DNA of 64,000 nucleotides. Source: Candidatus Hodarchaeota archaeon. Lineage in GTDB: Archaea > Asgardarchaeota > Heimdallarchaeia > Hodarchaeales > Hodarchaeaceae. The position numbers were made by a program, and so were the translations under genes. The notes under the pieces were generated by a model. The model saw only the letters and a program-made list of their open reading frames with translations. It did no database searches and was not told where the DNA came from. Shown piece after piece: positions 9,672-19,602 of this stretch. How positions within the stretch are numbered: the first letter of the stretch is position 1; each line of letters opens with the position of its first letter. The stretch is taken from NCBI GenBank assembly GCA_016839785.1, contig JAEOTQ010000168.1:1-64000 (forward strand), read 5' to 3'.

Positions 9672-9804
9672 TTAGATTGGAGTTATTTTGCTAATAAAAA
9701 GAACCATAATCCTTTCTCAAACCAATATTTGAGGGAGTAAAGATGGTTTTTCCACAACCTAGTCAATAAAATAAAGAAAACAATCAAATAACTGAGGAAT
9801 CAGA

Positions 9805-10575
9805 TTGAGTCAATCAAATGGAAATTCTTTCAGCTACTTCCACAAGCTAGTAGACGTTAAATTAAAGTCCCCAACAGTTGTTATCCAAGGATTACCTGGT
9901 ATGGGGCTCATTGGAAAGATCGCGGCTAATTTTTTAATCGATCAATATGATGGAATTGAAATAGCACGTGTTTATAGTTCATTTTTCCCTCCTGTTGTCC
10001 AAATTGACAACGAACAAGGAGTGGGTCAACTAGCCCGAATGGAAATTTATGCAATCACAAAAACCTCTCCAAACTTATTAATATTAACAGGAGATGCTCA
10101 ACCCCACGATATTGGTATTATTCAAGTATTAAACGAAGTACTGGATTTCGTAATAAATCTAAAAGCCGAGACGGTCGTGTGTTTAGGTGGATTGAGAGCA
10201 TTGGAAGAAGGTCCAGAAGTGGCTGCATTCGGATACAACAAGGAAACTATGAAATGGTTAGAGGAGTATGACATCACTCCATTAAAAGGAGGAGAAATAA
10301 CGGGAGCAGTTGGAGTTTTCTCCGCATTAGCCGCTGAAAAAGGTTTACGAAGTTTTGGTTTACTTGGAAAATTAACATTAGTTGGTACTGATCCATTAGC
10401 AAGTAAAAATCTCCTGAAACGATTAGCAAAACTCTTTTCTCTTGATTATAAGTATGATGATTTGGATGGTATCATCGAGGAAGCAGTCCAGAAAAATGAC
10501 TTACTCCATCAAGCGGAAGAAGCAGAAAGCGGATCAGATGATGACAGCTCTCGTGGACCCAGTTATTATATTTAA
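9805..10575 (+). CDS. PAC2-family proteasome assembly chaperone
   Basis: GLPGMGLIGKIAA, LTGDAQP, C-terminal HbYX motif (YYI). Confidence 0.88.
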   Translation: MSQSNGNSFSYFHKLVDVKLKSPTVVIQGLPGMGLIGKIAANFLIDQYDGIEIARVYSSFFPPVVQIDNEQGVGQLARMEIYAITKTSPNLLILTGDAQPHDIGIIQVLNEVLDFVINLKAETVVCLGGLRALEEGPEVAAFGYNKETMKWLEEYDITPLKGGEITGAVGVFSALAAEKGLRSFGLLGKLTLVGTDPLASKNLLKRLAKLFSLDYKYDDLDGIIEEAVQKNDLLHQAEEAESGSDDDSSRGPSYYI

Positions 10576-10576
10576 T

Positions 10577-11854
10577 TCAATGGGAAAATAGGTTATTCTC
10601 TTCAGCAAATTGAATTCTTCTTCGAAATAGCTCAGTGATGGCAAAGGATACTACAGTCAATGCTAGCATAAATAGTAATCCACCAACTGGCGATTGGAAC
10701 GTATCTAAAAGTGCACCGAAGATCGTGGGGGAAATAGAGCTAATAATAAGCCCTAGTGAAAAAACAAGTGAATAGAAAAAGGTTCTATCACCCGCGGGGA
10801 CTAAATCAGCCTGTAATGCTTGTAATGTTCCTCCCGCTAGATAAAATCCAATAGCAAATAGAGAAAATCCGAGAATAATCACTAGAATTTCGGGAAAACC
10901 CAGAGTAATTACAATAAGCCCAGTAATTGCCAGACTAGAAATGAGTGCCGAAATTAGTATTATTCTGATTCTCCCACGTGGACCCAAGCGATCAGAATTG
11001 ATTGCTCCATAGATATCAGAAATAGATCCTAAAAGGAGAATAAAACTGGTTATAACTCCTGCATTGAAAGCTTCGACATGATAAAAATTCTTCAATAAAG
11101 TGGTCGTAAAATAGCTGATAGAGCGATAAACTCCACCTCGTAATGCACTTATTAAAATAATTATAGCTAAACTCGTTATAATCCACTTTCGGTGGGGAGA
11201 GGAGCGAATGGAAGTACTGCTCTCCAACTCACTGACAGTTTTTTCTTTTTCTCTTGATTTCAATAGGGATTCAAAGTTTCCAATCAAATTTTCAAGTAAA
11301 ATCCAAGAAATGAGACTAAATACAAGAAGAATGCAAAACACACCAAGGAGGAAAAAGGTCGATCTCCAAGTGAAAAAAAAGATAGCTAAAGTTAAGGTGC
11401 TAATGGGACTAACAGCGGTTCCAATCACACCTGCTGCATGGTTGATAGCCATGGCTTTTCCCCGATTGCGATCTGAAAAAGAATTTGCGCAGACCCCTAA
11501 TCCCACAGGATGATAAGTTGTACAGCCAAGACCAAGAATAATATTACCAAAAAACAATCCCAAGAAATCATTGGCCATCGAAATCCAAAAACTTGAGACA
11601 GCAAATAGAAAGATCCCCATAAGGACTATGAAAAATCCTTTAGCAGCCTTTTTTCCTAAATATCCAATAAGTGGAGAGGTCAAAGCCATGATTAATGACG
11701 GAAGAGACCCTAATATTCCCATCTCAAGATAACTGAGAGGAATGTCCGTAATAATCAGAATGAGCAAAGCTGGAAAGGCATACAACAACACATGATGAAT
11801 AAAGTGGGATATTGACATAAATCCGAGCAATTGGTGGCGAATATTCAATGACAA
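10577..11854 (-). CDS. MFS transporter
   Basis: About 12 TM helices; HFIHH, GLGCTTYHP, RGKAMAI. Confidence 0.88.
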   Translation of the reverse strand: MSLNIRHQLLGFMSISHFIHHVLLYAFPALLILIITDIPLSYLEMGILGSLPSLIMALTSPLIGYLGKKAAKGFFIVLMGIFLFAVSSFWISMANDFLGLFFGNIILGLGCTTYHPVGLGVCANSFSDRNRGKAMAINHAAGVIGTAVSPISTLTLAIFFFTWRSTFFLLGVFCILLVFSLISWILLENLIGNFESLLKSREKEKTVSELESSTSIRSSPHRKWIITSLAIIILISALRGGVYRSISYFTTTLLKNFYHVEAFNAGVITSFILLLGSISDIYGAINSDRLGPRGRIRIILISALISSLAITGLIVITLGFPEILVIILGFSLFAIGFYLAGGTLQALQADLVPAGDRTFFYSLVFSLGLIISSISPTIFGALLDTFQSPVGGLLFMLALTVVSFAITELFRRRIQFAEENNLFSH

Positions 11855-12025
11855 ATCAGGGACCTCTTGGATAAGAAGGAATAAAGGGATGTAGTGTAGG
11901 AGAAATTCAACCTCGTTTTCTGAATTTGACTAGTTTAATACCCATGCTCGGAAACGAAATTACGTCTCATAAGATGAGCGAATTTTTTAATTATTTGGGT
12001 ATGTATCAGGAGAATTTCGGATGAA

Positions 12026-13345
12026 TTATCCTTCAGGAATAGGATTAATTGGCTTAAGAGGTTCATCCACAAAATAAAAAGCTAATCCTCCAAGTACTCG
12101 CAAAACCATCACTACTAAAACAAGAGAGTAGATAGTTGGCCACTTACCTAAAACTGGAATCAGTAGTTCTGTCACAACACCCATAGAAAAAGAACCCAGG
12201 AAAGTAACGATACCCATAATTAGCTGATAAGCTCCTACGTATCTGCCTTTAGATCCATCAGGAGCAGAATCAATGATATATGCTGTCGTGGTTACAAAAT
12301 ACAGTCCATACCCGATTCCACCAATAAAATTCCCAATAGCAAGTTCAACCCAATTTCTAGAAAAAAAGAGCACTAATGGTATCAGAAACATAATTCTACG
12401 GCCATTGAAACCAATCTTCTTACCGTATTTGTCAATCAATTTGCCGCCAATTGATAGTGAAAAGATTTGACATGCCATATGGACAGCCCAGAGAAAACTA
12501 TATTGACTGGGAGTAGTATAACGTTCACGAATAAATCCGAAAATAGGCCATCCAGTTGACATGCTGAAGTCCATACAGGCACTAATTAGCACAAAACGAG
12601 TAAAAGTAGGATTCTCTCGAAAAGGAGCTAATATGCTTCGAAAGGAAAATCTAGTATGCTTTTGTGTTGGCCTACCGTTAGATGGAGAGTGTGAATGTAC
12701 CTCGAGATCAGAATTACCATTTGGATTGGTTTCTCGCAACCAGAACCAGGAAATAAAGCCGGCGAGAAGAAATCCTAAGGCACCAATACGATAAATCAGC
12801 ATATACTGGGTCGTATAATCTGTGGAAAGGAATGGAATGATCCACCCCGAAATTAAAAAGACCACCATAGTGAAAATAACGGTTATAGTAGTAATACGAC
12901 CAATGTAAGATCCTCTAGTACTTTCATGAGAAGTATCACCTAAAAATGCTATCCAGGAAGGGGTAAAAATACTAAATGCTAAGGAATAAATGATCATGGC
13001 GACCAGTAAGATTAGAGGATCTGTGATCATAGGAAATAAAAAGCTCATAATGGCTGAAATAAAGAGCCCGATAACTAAAAATGGTTTTCTACCATATTTA
13101 TCACTTAGTCGACCAAAGGGGAGTTGAACCGCTAATTGAATAAGGTTTCTCATGCTAGTAATGATTGATAGAAGAATAGGAGAAGCACTAATAAATACGG
13201 CATAAATTTGGGAATAAGTGGCAACTATAAAATGACCCGTGTCTTTTCCAATAGCTATCCCATATATGGTGCTTCCTTTGTTCTTAATACATGGTTCCTC
13301 CTGGGTTATAAGGTCTAAAGGAGGCTTAATGTCAGAATTAGTCAC
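12026..13345 (-). CDS. MFS transporter
   Basis: MFS motif A GRLSDKYGRKP, repeated in the second half (GKLIDKYGKK). Confidence 0.9.
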   Translation of the reverse strand: MTNSDIKPPLDLITQEEPCIKNKGSTIYGIAIGKDTGHFIVATYSQIYAVFISASPILLSIITSMRNLIQLAVQLPFGRLSDKYGRKPFLVIGLFISAIMSFLFPMITDPLILLVAMIIYSLAFSIFTPSWIAFLGDTSHESTRGSYIGRITTITVIFTMVVFLISGWIIPFLSTDYTTQYMLIYRIGALGFLLAGFISWFWLRETNPNGNSDLEVHSHSPSNGRPTQKHTRFSFRSILAPFRENPTFTRFVLISACMDFSMSTGWPIFGFIRERYTTPSQYSFLWAVHMACQIFSLSIGGKLIDKYGKKIGFNGRRIMFLIPLVLFFSRNWVELAIGNFIGGIGYGLYFVTTTAYIIDSAPDGSKGRYVGAYQLIMGIVTFLGSFSMGVVTELLIPVLGKWPTIYSLVLVVMVLRVLGGLAFYFVDEPLKPINPIPEG

Positions 13346-13451
13346 GGTCTTCTCGAAGAAAGGGAAAAAGTGTGAAAGGAAATAGCTTCTTCCCTAAGGG
13401 TATTTTAAAAAAAAAGATGAGGGATGAAAAAATGATTCATCCATAATTTTA

Positions 13452-14993
13452 CTAACTTTTCTTCTTTCGATGGAGTACCAGTAGTCCAAGGGTACATGAA
13501 ATAATAAGAACCTGAAAACTTGGAGTAGAAGCTGTGGTAATGACAATATCAATTTCTCCAGAGAGTGGCCCTTCACCGATAGCGTTTTTTGCGCTAATAG
13601 CATAGAAAAATGAATTATCAGGAGTTGAAGGATCGGTATACTCTGAGACCACACCAAGAGTTGTGAGTAGACTCAAAGACCCTGATTCAGTCCCACGATA
13701 AATAAGATAATTAGTAATCGAAGAACCAGCATCAGTTGCAGGAGGAACCCACGTTAACTTGACTCCATTCGCCTCAAGGGAGATATTAATATTCAGTGGT
13801 GCACTTGGAGGATTTAGCTGGTAATGATAGGCCCAGGTCTCATTGAGATAGGTAGTAGGTGCACCCAGTATCCTTCCGCCGAAAAGAATCATTTTATCAG
13901 CAGAATAATCATACACCAGTGAGGAATGCGATGTGGCATGAGTTGGGGAATTCATATCGGTCCAGGTGAGAGTATTGTAATCAAAAGCCCAAGTATCAAC
14001 ATAGTCTGTTGGTTTTCCTCCAACAGCTTCTGTTCCACCAAATAAGATAATTCTATCAGATTCATTATCATAGTCCATTGCAGTCACCCAACGTGGGGTA
14101 GGTGCTTTAGTCGTAATGATTTGTGTCCAAGTATCCGTATTGTAGTCATACGCCCATGTTTCATTCTTAAAGCGGTTAGCTAAAGGTTCAAAACCACCAG
14201 TCGAGCCACCAAAAAGAATTGATTTATCTGATTCAATATCATAACCAAATCCATTATCTGCCACCTTAGAAGGTTTAGTAACAGGATTCATTTGCTCCCA
14301 AGTATTTGTATTATAATCGTACGCCCATGTATCATCAAAAAATGGTGCATTAGTAATGGAAAGATCCCGAGTATAACCTCCGTAAAGGATCACCCGATCA
14401 GATTCGGTATCATATACCATACTGCAAGCTAATCGAGGAGAAGGCGCAGTACTAGGTGACATATTTGTCCAGGTATTGGTATTCGTATCATATGCCCAGG
14501 TTTCAGGAGGGGCCTCTGTATATGTACCTCCACCGACTGCACTAACTGCTCCACCAAAGAGAATTATACGATCAGATTCAGCATCATATGCAAGACCAGG
14601 ATTGGACCGACCTATAGGTGAAATGGCTGGAGTTACATTTGTCCAGGATGCGGTCGTAAAATCAAAGGTCCAGGTATCAGTATAGTATACAAAATCTTCT
14701 CCAGAGATAATTTCTGGGAATCTTCCACTAAAAAGGATGGTTTTTGCAGACTCAATATCATAAGTCATCAGCTCATTACCTGTACGACTCCAAGGCGCAC
14801 ATGAAGGGTGTAATTGCACCCAATTCCCAATAGATTCTTCAACCGTACTAGTTTCAAAAATAGTTTGGGTGATAACAACTTGTCCTTGAAAAGATGGAAA
14901 AAAAACAAGGAAAGAGATAACCAGTACACAAAAAATATAATAGAATTGCAACTTCATTGGTTCTTTCGTATTAGAAAGAAAGGACATTAGCAT
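13452..14993 (-). CDS. Secreted Kelch beta-propeller + FN3 protein with C-terminal membrane anchor
   Basis: Signal peptide, six YD.ESD..ILFGG...TWAYD repeats, FN3 domain (LTWVPP..GSSITNYLIYRG), TPSF-TM-RKKK tail. Confidence 0.85.
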   Translation of the reverse strand: MLMSFLSNTKEPMKLQFYYIFCVLVISFLVFFPSFQGQVVITQTIFETSTVEESIGNWVQLHPSCAPWSRTGNELMTYDIESAKTILFSGRFPEIISGEDFVYYTDTWTFDFTTASWTNVTPAISPIGRSNPGLAYDAESDRIILFGGAVSAVGGGTYTEAPPETWAYDTNTNTWTNMSPSTAPSPRLACSMVYDTESDRVILYGGYTRDLSITNAPFFDDTWAYDYNTNTWEQMNPVTKPSKVADNGFGYDIESDKSILFGGSTGGFEPLANRFKNETWAYDYNTDTWTQIITTKAPTPRWVTAMDYDNESDRIILFGGTEAVGGKPTDYVDTWAFDYNTLTWTDMNSPTHATSHSSLVYDYSADKMILFGGRILGAPTTYLNETWAYHYQLNPPSAPLNINISLEANGVKLTWVPPATDAGSSITNYLIYRGTESGSLSLLTTLGVVSEYTDPSTPDNSFFYAISAKNAIGEGPLSGEIDIVITTASTPSFQVLIISCTLGLLVLHRKKKS

Positions 14994-15216
14994 TCATCTC
15001 CCATACTCAAATTTCAAAATCTCGGAATTACATTCTAGTATGAAAAATAGGTATAAAAAGGATACTTTCTCTAGTAAAAAACGTAATAAATTACAAAAAG
15101 CACAAGAAAATACAGAGAAAAACAATTTCCTTAATAAAGTCAAATGTAAAAGTACAAAAAAGGTGGGAAAGGGAAAATGGGGCACCCGGCGCAGCAGAAA
15201 CAGTATATAAGTGTTG

Positions 15217-15232
15217 CGAAAAGGTTTATAAA
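15217..15232 (+). promoter_or_regulatory. BRE + TATA box of tfb
   Basis: CGAAAAGG followed by TTTATAAA, about 215 bp upstream of the tfb ATG. Confidence 0.55.
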
Positions 15233-15258
15233 GGAGGAAAAAGGCGTTGTAGTTAGTG

Positions 15259-15424
15259 GTGATTGAGGTCAGGCGCTCACCCTAGGTGGCAATTAATTTT
15301 CCCCGCGGTTTTAGCAAGAAAGAGAATTCTCTCGCAGTTAGTTCTCGCAGGAAAGTGAGAGAACAATATCGTAAAGAGTTTAAAATCCCAATACGGAAGG
15401 CTAACGCCCCGACCAGGCAATCAC
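15259..15424 (+). ncRNA. Candidate structured 5' leader or ncRNA upstream of tfb
   Basis: Long-range pairing GTGATTG/CAATCAC, GGTC/GACC, GGCG/CGCC; inner helix TTCTCTCGC/GTGAGAGAA. Begins about 26 nt after the TATA box. Confidence 0.4.
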
Positions 15425-15448
15425 AAGTTTGAGAAGGAACGCTCAGGA

Positions 15449-16417
15449 ATGGCATCTATGAAAGAAGCAAAAGCAAAACCACAGAAAAAAGGCCAGGCAG
15501 AAGACGAGGAAGAAATCCTCGAATGTAAAAACTGTGGATCGACAGATATCGTAGCCGATGAAAATCGAGGCGAATTAATCTGTGAAAAATGTGGTTATGT
15601 GCTGGAAACACGACTGATAGACGAAGGCCCCGAATGGCGAGCATTTAATAGTGAAGAACGCGATAAACGCAGTCGTGTCGGATCGCCAAGTACATTTTCA
15701 GTCCATGATAAGGGATTATCCACTATTATAGGATATGAAAACCGCGATACATTCGGTAATAAACTCACCGCCTCACGACGAGCACAAATCTACCGCTTAC
15801 GGAAATGGCAGATACGAACCCGAGTGCATAGCTCGATGGATCGAAATCTAGCATTCGCCATGTCAGAAATGGATCGATTGGCCTCACAACTCGGAATACC
15901 ACGAAATGTGAAAGAGACATCCGCAATTATATATCGGAAAGCAATCGAAAAACGACTCGTTCGCGGACGCTCAATAGAAGCGATGGTCGCCGCAACAATC
16001 TACGCATCAGCACGCGTACGTCGAGTCCCACGAACACTTGATGAAATCGCCAAAGAATCACGGATAACCAAAAAAGAACTTGGCCGGTGCTATCGACTCT
16101 TATTACGCGAACTATACCTAAATATCCCATTAGCGAGCCCAATCGATTATCTCGTCCGCTTTGGAACAGAACTAAGACTTTCTGGCGTATGTCAACGAAA
16201 AGCTGCCGAAATATTAAAACGCGCAAAAGCTGGCGGATTGACGGCAGGGAAAGACCCAACGGGCCTAGCGGCTGCAGCAATCTATATCAGCGGAATAATC
16301 AACGGGGAACGAAGGACACAACGGGAAATTTCAGAAGTGGCCCACGTTACCGAAGTTACTGTGCGAAATCGCTACAAAGAGCTTGTACGTAAGCTAAGTA
16401 TCGAGATTACCGTTTAG
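15449..16417 (+). CDS. tfb: Transcription initiation factor IIB
   Basis: Zn ribbon CKNC/CEKCG, GPEWRAF B-reader, two cyclin repeats, VTEVTVRNRYKEL. Confidence 0.98.
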   Translation: MASMKEAKAKPQKKGQAEDEEEILECKNCGSTDIVADENRGELICEKCGYVLETRLIDEGPEWRAFNSEERDKRSRVGSPSTFSVHDKGLSTIIGYENRDTFGNKLTASRRAQIYRLRKWQIRTRVHSSMDRNLAFAMSEMDRLASQLGIPRNVKETSAIIYRKAIEKRLVRGRSIEAMVAATIYASARVRRVPRTLDEIAKESRITKKELGRCYRLLLRELYLNIPLASPIDYLVRFGTELRLSGVCQRKAAEILKRAKAGGLTAGKDPTGLAAAAIYISGIINGERRTQREISEVAHVTEVTVRNRYKELVRKLSIEITV

Positions 16418-16429
16418 AAGGTATCTCCT
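16364..16429 (+). repeat. tfb 3'-end direct repeat, copy 1 (within the intact gene)
   Basis: cgaaatcgctacaaagagcttgt...tagaaggtatctcct, encoding RNRYKELVRKLSIEITV*. Confidence 0.95.
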
Positions 16430-16468
16430 CCCCTTTTTCCTCCTTTCCTTTTTTTAACCCCTTTTTTT
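16430..16468 (+). terminator. Oligo-T/pyrimidine archaeal terminator after tfb
   Basis: ccctttttcctcctttccttttttt...ttttttt immediately after the stop codon. Confidence 0.55.
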
Positions 16469-16589
16469 GCATGAAGACGTTATTTCTGATTTGAAAACAG
16501 ACTCTTTCTTCTAAATTGTTACTTTTGTCTGAAATCTGGGTGTTTATAACTGCAATCTGTGTAAACTAGAAAATTGGGAAGTAAATGTA

Positions 16590-17120
16590 ATGCCAGATAA
16601 TGGAATGCCCTCTAAAATTACTGAAAGTAGAGTATCAGTAGATTTTGACGAGTTTACAGCTGAGGATCTGATATTTGATCCCCACCCCTCAATAGATGAC
16701 CGATCCTTTGTTCAAGAGGTGATTGTTCAACATCAACAAAATGATGATGGAACTTTCTCTTGGATAACCCCTCTTCCAATTAATGATTCTAGACAAGTTA
16801 AATTCTTTTTGGATAAAATTTTAAGTCAGAAATCACATCCTCGTTTATTTAGAGGAACAGTTGAGTTTTATATATTCTTTAAGTACGCTATTGATATTGA
16901 TAAATCATTGGATGAGATTATCCTCAAACTTGAAGAGCTTACCAACTTGGTTCAGACTTTACAGGAATGGATTAGAAGTAAACAAGCTCAGCTTCTTTGT
17001 GATGATCATGGTTCCGGAATATTAAGTTTTTTGGTGACCAACGAAGTTTTTTCAGAAGCTTGCACCAAATTTTCTTGGACAATAAACGAAAATGAGGTAG
17101 TAGTTCTAGCTCAGAAATAA
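16590..17120 (+). CDS. Hypothetical protein (element cargo)
   Basis: 176-aa ORF with no recognised motif. Confidence 0.6.
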   Translation: MPDNGMPSKITESRVSVDFDEFTAEDLIFDPHPSIDDRSFVQEVIVQHQQNDDGTFSWITPLPINDSRQVKFFLDKILSQKSHPRLFRGTVEFYIFFKYAIDIDKSLDEIILKLEELTNLVQTLQEWIRSKQAQLLCDDHGSGILSFLVTNEVFSEACTKFSWTINENEVVVLAQK

Positions 17121-17187
17121 GATCTAAATAATGCCTTTGTATTTAGGTTTTTATAAATAAAAAAAAAAGAGGGGAATGGGAATGACC

Positions 17188-19401
17188 TCACTTACCAATG
17201 AAGTACCCACGCAAATCCTGTCGCTTATAGAGCTGCTTTTTAGAGCATCCTATAACTCGGGAGACATTCAATGCACTTGGTTTGATCCCTTGTGCGTTGA
17301 GTTCCTCAATGGCTTCTTCAACCATTGAAGTAGTGATATTCCTCCGTTTGTAGGAGTGTGCGTGAGAACGATCATTATACTTCTCATTGAACACTTGAAT
17401 CAAGTGCTCAGAAGTTGTACAATGAGGGACATACCAGCGTTTAGGCCGGTAAGAGGTTCCATCGTCCTTGAGTTCCTCATGAATGAGGTTCATGGTACGA
17501 TGGAGAGTTCCCAACCGTCTATTTAGGATATATGGTTGGATCCCTTCAAGATATGGTCGAAGAGCGGGATGAACGCGCAGCTCATCCGTAGAGTAGATAT
17601 TACCATCCTCCAAGATCTGAAGGATAGTGGTGCATACATGAACCGATAACTGTTGGTCTAATTTCCTCTCTGCTGAGAAGGAATTAGCAACAGCTAAGAG
17701 TTTAGAATGCTTATGCCAGAGACCCAATAGTGGATCACGGACATAAAGAGGTGCTACATCATAAAGGAAGGCTTGTATACCCTCTTGACGTAACTGAAAA
17801 CTATGGACCCCATCACGTTTACTTCGATACCAATCGGAATGATCATATCCCAACTGATCGCATAAACGCATAATGAGGTGAAGGATTCCCAATTCTTTCT
17901 GTGTAATAGATATATCCGCACCAATACATCCATCATCTACAATGAAAGCGGCGAGGAATTGTACTTTCCAATCTCGATAACGAGCTGGTAAATTGAGTAC
18001 AAAGTGAAGAAAGGAAGGGGTCCGAAGGTCACGAAATGTGATCCCTCGAATAGTTCCCAGCATAGCATAAACTAATGCTTTGGGATATATCATCCTGTCA
18101 TAATCTATAGTAGGATCACGACTCAGATGAGAGAGAAGAGTTCGCATGGGACCCTGATTTTCGGGGAGTTGAATCCACCGTAGATCAGGATTTTTGCGAA
18201 AATGGACATTGCCGTCACCGGCAATGTGAGAGAGTATTCGCCAGGCATAGATATCCATGACGAATGGGAATGTGAGGTACTCCAGGTCACCTCGTTTTGA
18301 AAATCGAACCGCTCGCGCGTTTCGCTCAACCTGGTTAAGGTCCATCTCTGCATACAGGCAGAGACGTTCGAGATTCGGTACCACGATCGATTGATCTGGG
18401 GAATCCCGGATATTGGATAAGATTGTCCTACTTATCCCAATCTCTCGACTCAATGTCGACAGATTGATTCCTTTCAACATGGTTGAAAGGGTAATCCAAT
18501 CCTTTTTGCCCAACAGGACATAGAGATTGGTAAACTCCCAAAGAGACACCTCCTGGAAGGTGTACTCTTCAGGGACGACCGGCCATGTGGCCTCTGGGAG
18601 GCCTGTTATGACACGGTCAGGAAGTGGGGTCTTTGCCCCAGCTTTCCTAGAGGGAGGGGTGTGTTGTGACATCGTCATTTCACCACGTGTAGAGTGTCTA
18701 CCTGCCTCTTCCATGTCACCATGGACGAGGACCATGCCCGAGGGCTTCTCAGAAAAGACATGTCTTGCGACACCTCTTCTCTGAGGAGATACGACCTTGA
18801 AGGGGTCGTGTCCCTGTGGTAGTTGGGTATGGCTTTGAGTTAACACTCTTCTGGTGACTGACACACTCTCTCTGGCTAGTTCCTGACCATGTGTGTAAGT
18901 CGGATTTCTCTCTTTGTGATGTATACGCTGTTGTTGTGGATGTTGTTCTTCTTCCGTATTCCCTTCATTGGATGTTTTTGTTTCCCTACAAAAGAATTGC
19001 CTGTCTTGTGACCCGATCCAACTTGGAGAGTCGACGAGGCCAGCATTTTGTTGATGGATAAGTTGTGCTGGTTGGTGTTGGACGTGATTTAGTGATTGCC
19101 TCTGCGATGTTCGCGGGCTTAGAGCACTAGGGTCCGTACCGTGAATCAGGGTTTTTTGACTTCGTCCTTGGGCTTTGTCCTCCTGATTCTGTTCGGGATA
19201 CAGGGCTAGTTTCGTCACGGGCTGAGGTAGATGGGTGTCTCCAAGTATCGATGACCAAGAACCATTCCTCTTTTCGCCTCGTGTGTTTTTAGCCAACATC
19301 GGTTGTTCACCGTGTTTTTTTTTCCACATGCCTTTTTTGTGCAAGTGGTAGGCAAGTACTGGCTTCCAGCACTTTCTACATATGGTTGTGAATTTTAACA
19401 T
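17188..19401 (-). CDS. Free-standing HTH - double LAGLIDADG endonuclease-like - HTH protein
   Basis: XRE-like HTH (LSTLSREIGISRTILSNI), LAGLIDADG-like motifs ILSHIAGDGNV and FLAAFIVDDGCI, C-terminal HTH (EAIEEL..QGIKPSALNVSRVIGCSKKQLY). Long low-complexity N-terminus; start uncertain. Confidence 0.7.
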   Translation of the reverse strand: MLKFTTICRKCWKPVLAYHLHKKGMWKKKHGEQPMLAKNTRGEKRNGSWSSILGDTHLPQPVTKLALYPEQNQEDKAQGRSQKTLIHGTDPSALSPRTSQRQSLNHVQHQPAQLIHQQNAGLVDSPSWIGSQDRQFFCRETKTSNEGNTEEEQHPQQQRIHHKERNPTYTHGQELARESVSVTRRVLTQSHTQLPQGHDPFKVVSPQRRGVARHVFSEKPSGMVLVHGDMEEAGRHSTRGEMTMSQHTPPSRKAGAKTPLPDRVITGLPEATWPVVPEEYTFQEVSLWEFTNLYVLLGKKDWITLSTMLKGINLSTLSREIGISRTILSNIRDSPDQSIVVPNLERLCLYAEMDLNQVERNARAVRFSKRGDLEYLTFPFVMDIYAWRILSHIAGDGNVHFRKNPDLRWIQLPENQGPMRTLLSHLSRDPTIDYDRMIYPKALVYAMLGTIRGITFRDLRTPSFLHFVLNLPARYRDWKVQFLAAFIVDDGCIGADISITQKELGILHLIMRLCDQLGYDHSDWYRSKRDGVHSFQLRQEGIQAFLYDVAPLYVRDPLLGLWHKHSKLLAVANSFSAERKLDQQLSVHVCTTILQILEDGNIYSTDELRVHPALRPYLEGIQPYILNRRLGTLHRTMNLIHEELKDDGTSYRPKRWYVPHCTTSEHLIQVFNEKYNDRSHAHSYKRRNITTSMVEEAIEELNAQGIKPSALNVSRVIGCSKKQLYKRQDLRGYFIGK

Positions 19402-19602
19402 GAATGGTCGTTCACAATTCCACTTTCCATATTGCCTGTTGGTACTAAATTAAGAACCATCTAGGATTGTTCCCACCCCTTTTATACTTGTAAAAATTGG
19501 TTGATATTCCATTTTGCTCCTCGAAATTTTATGGACTCACGTACTTGGATTTTCGAATATAAATATCATCTACCCTTATACATTATTGATGAGTGAAAAG
19601 CA

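Noticed and set aside
13860-14770. Nucleotide-level repeats within the Kelch gene
   Set aside because: Explained by protein beta-propeller repeats.
13452-15185. In-frame TGA between the 63-aa ORF (14994-15185) and the Kelch gene as selenocysteine or readthrough
   Set aside because: The upstream ORF is low-complexity intergenic sequence, and the Kelch protein has its own signal peptide.
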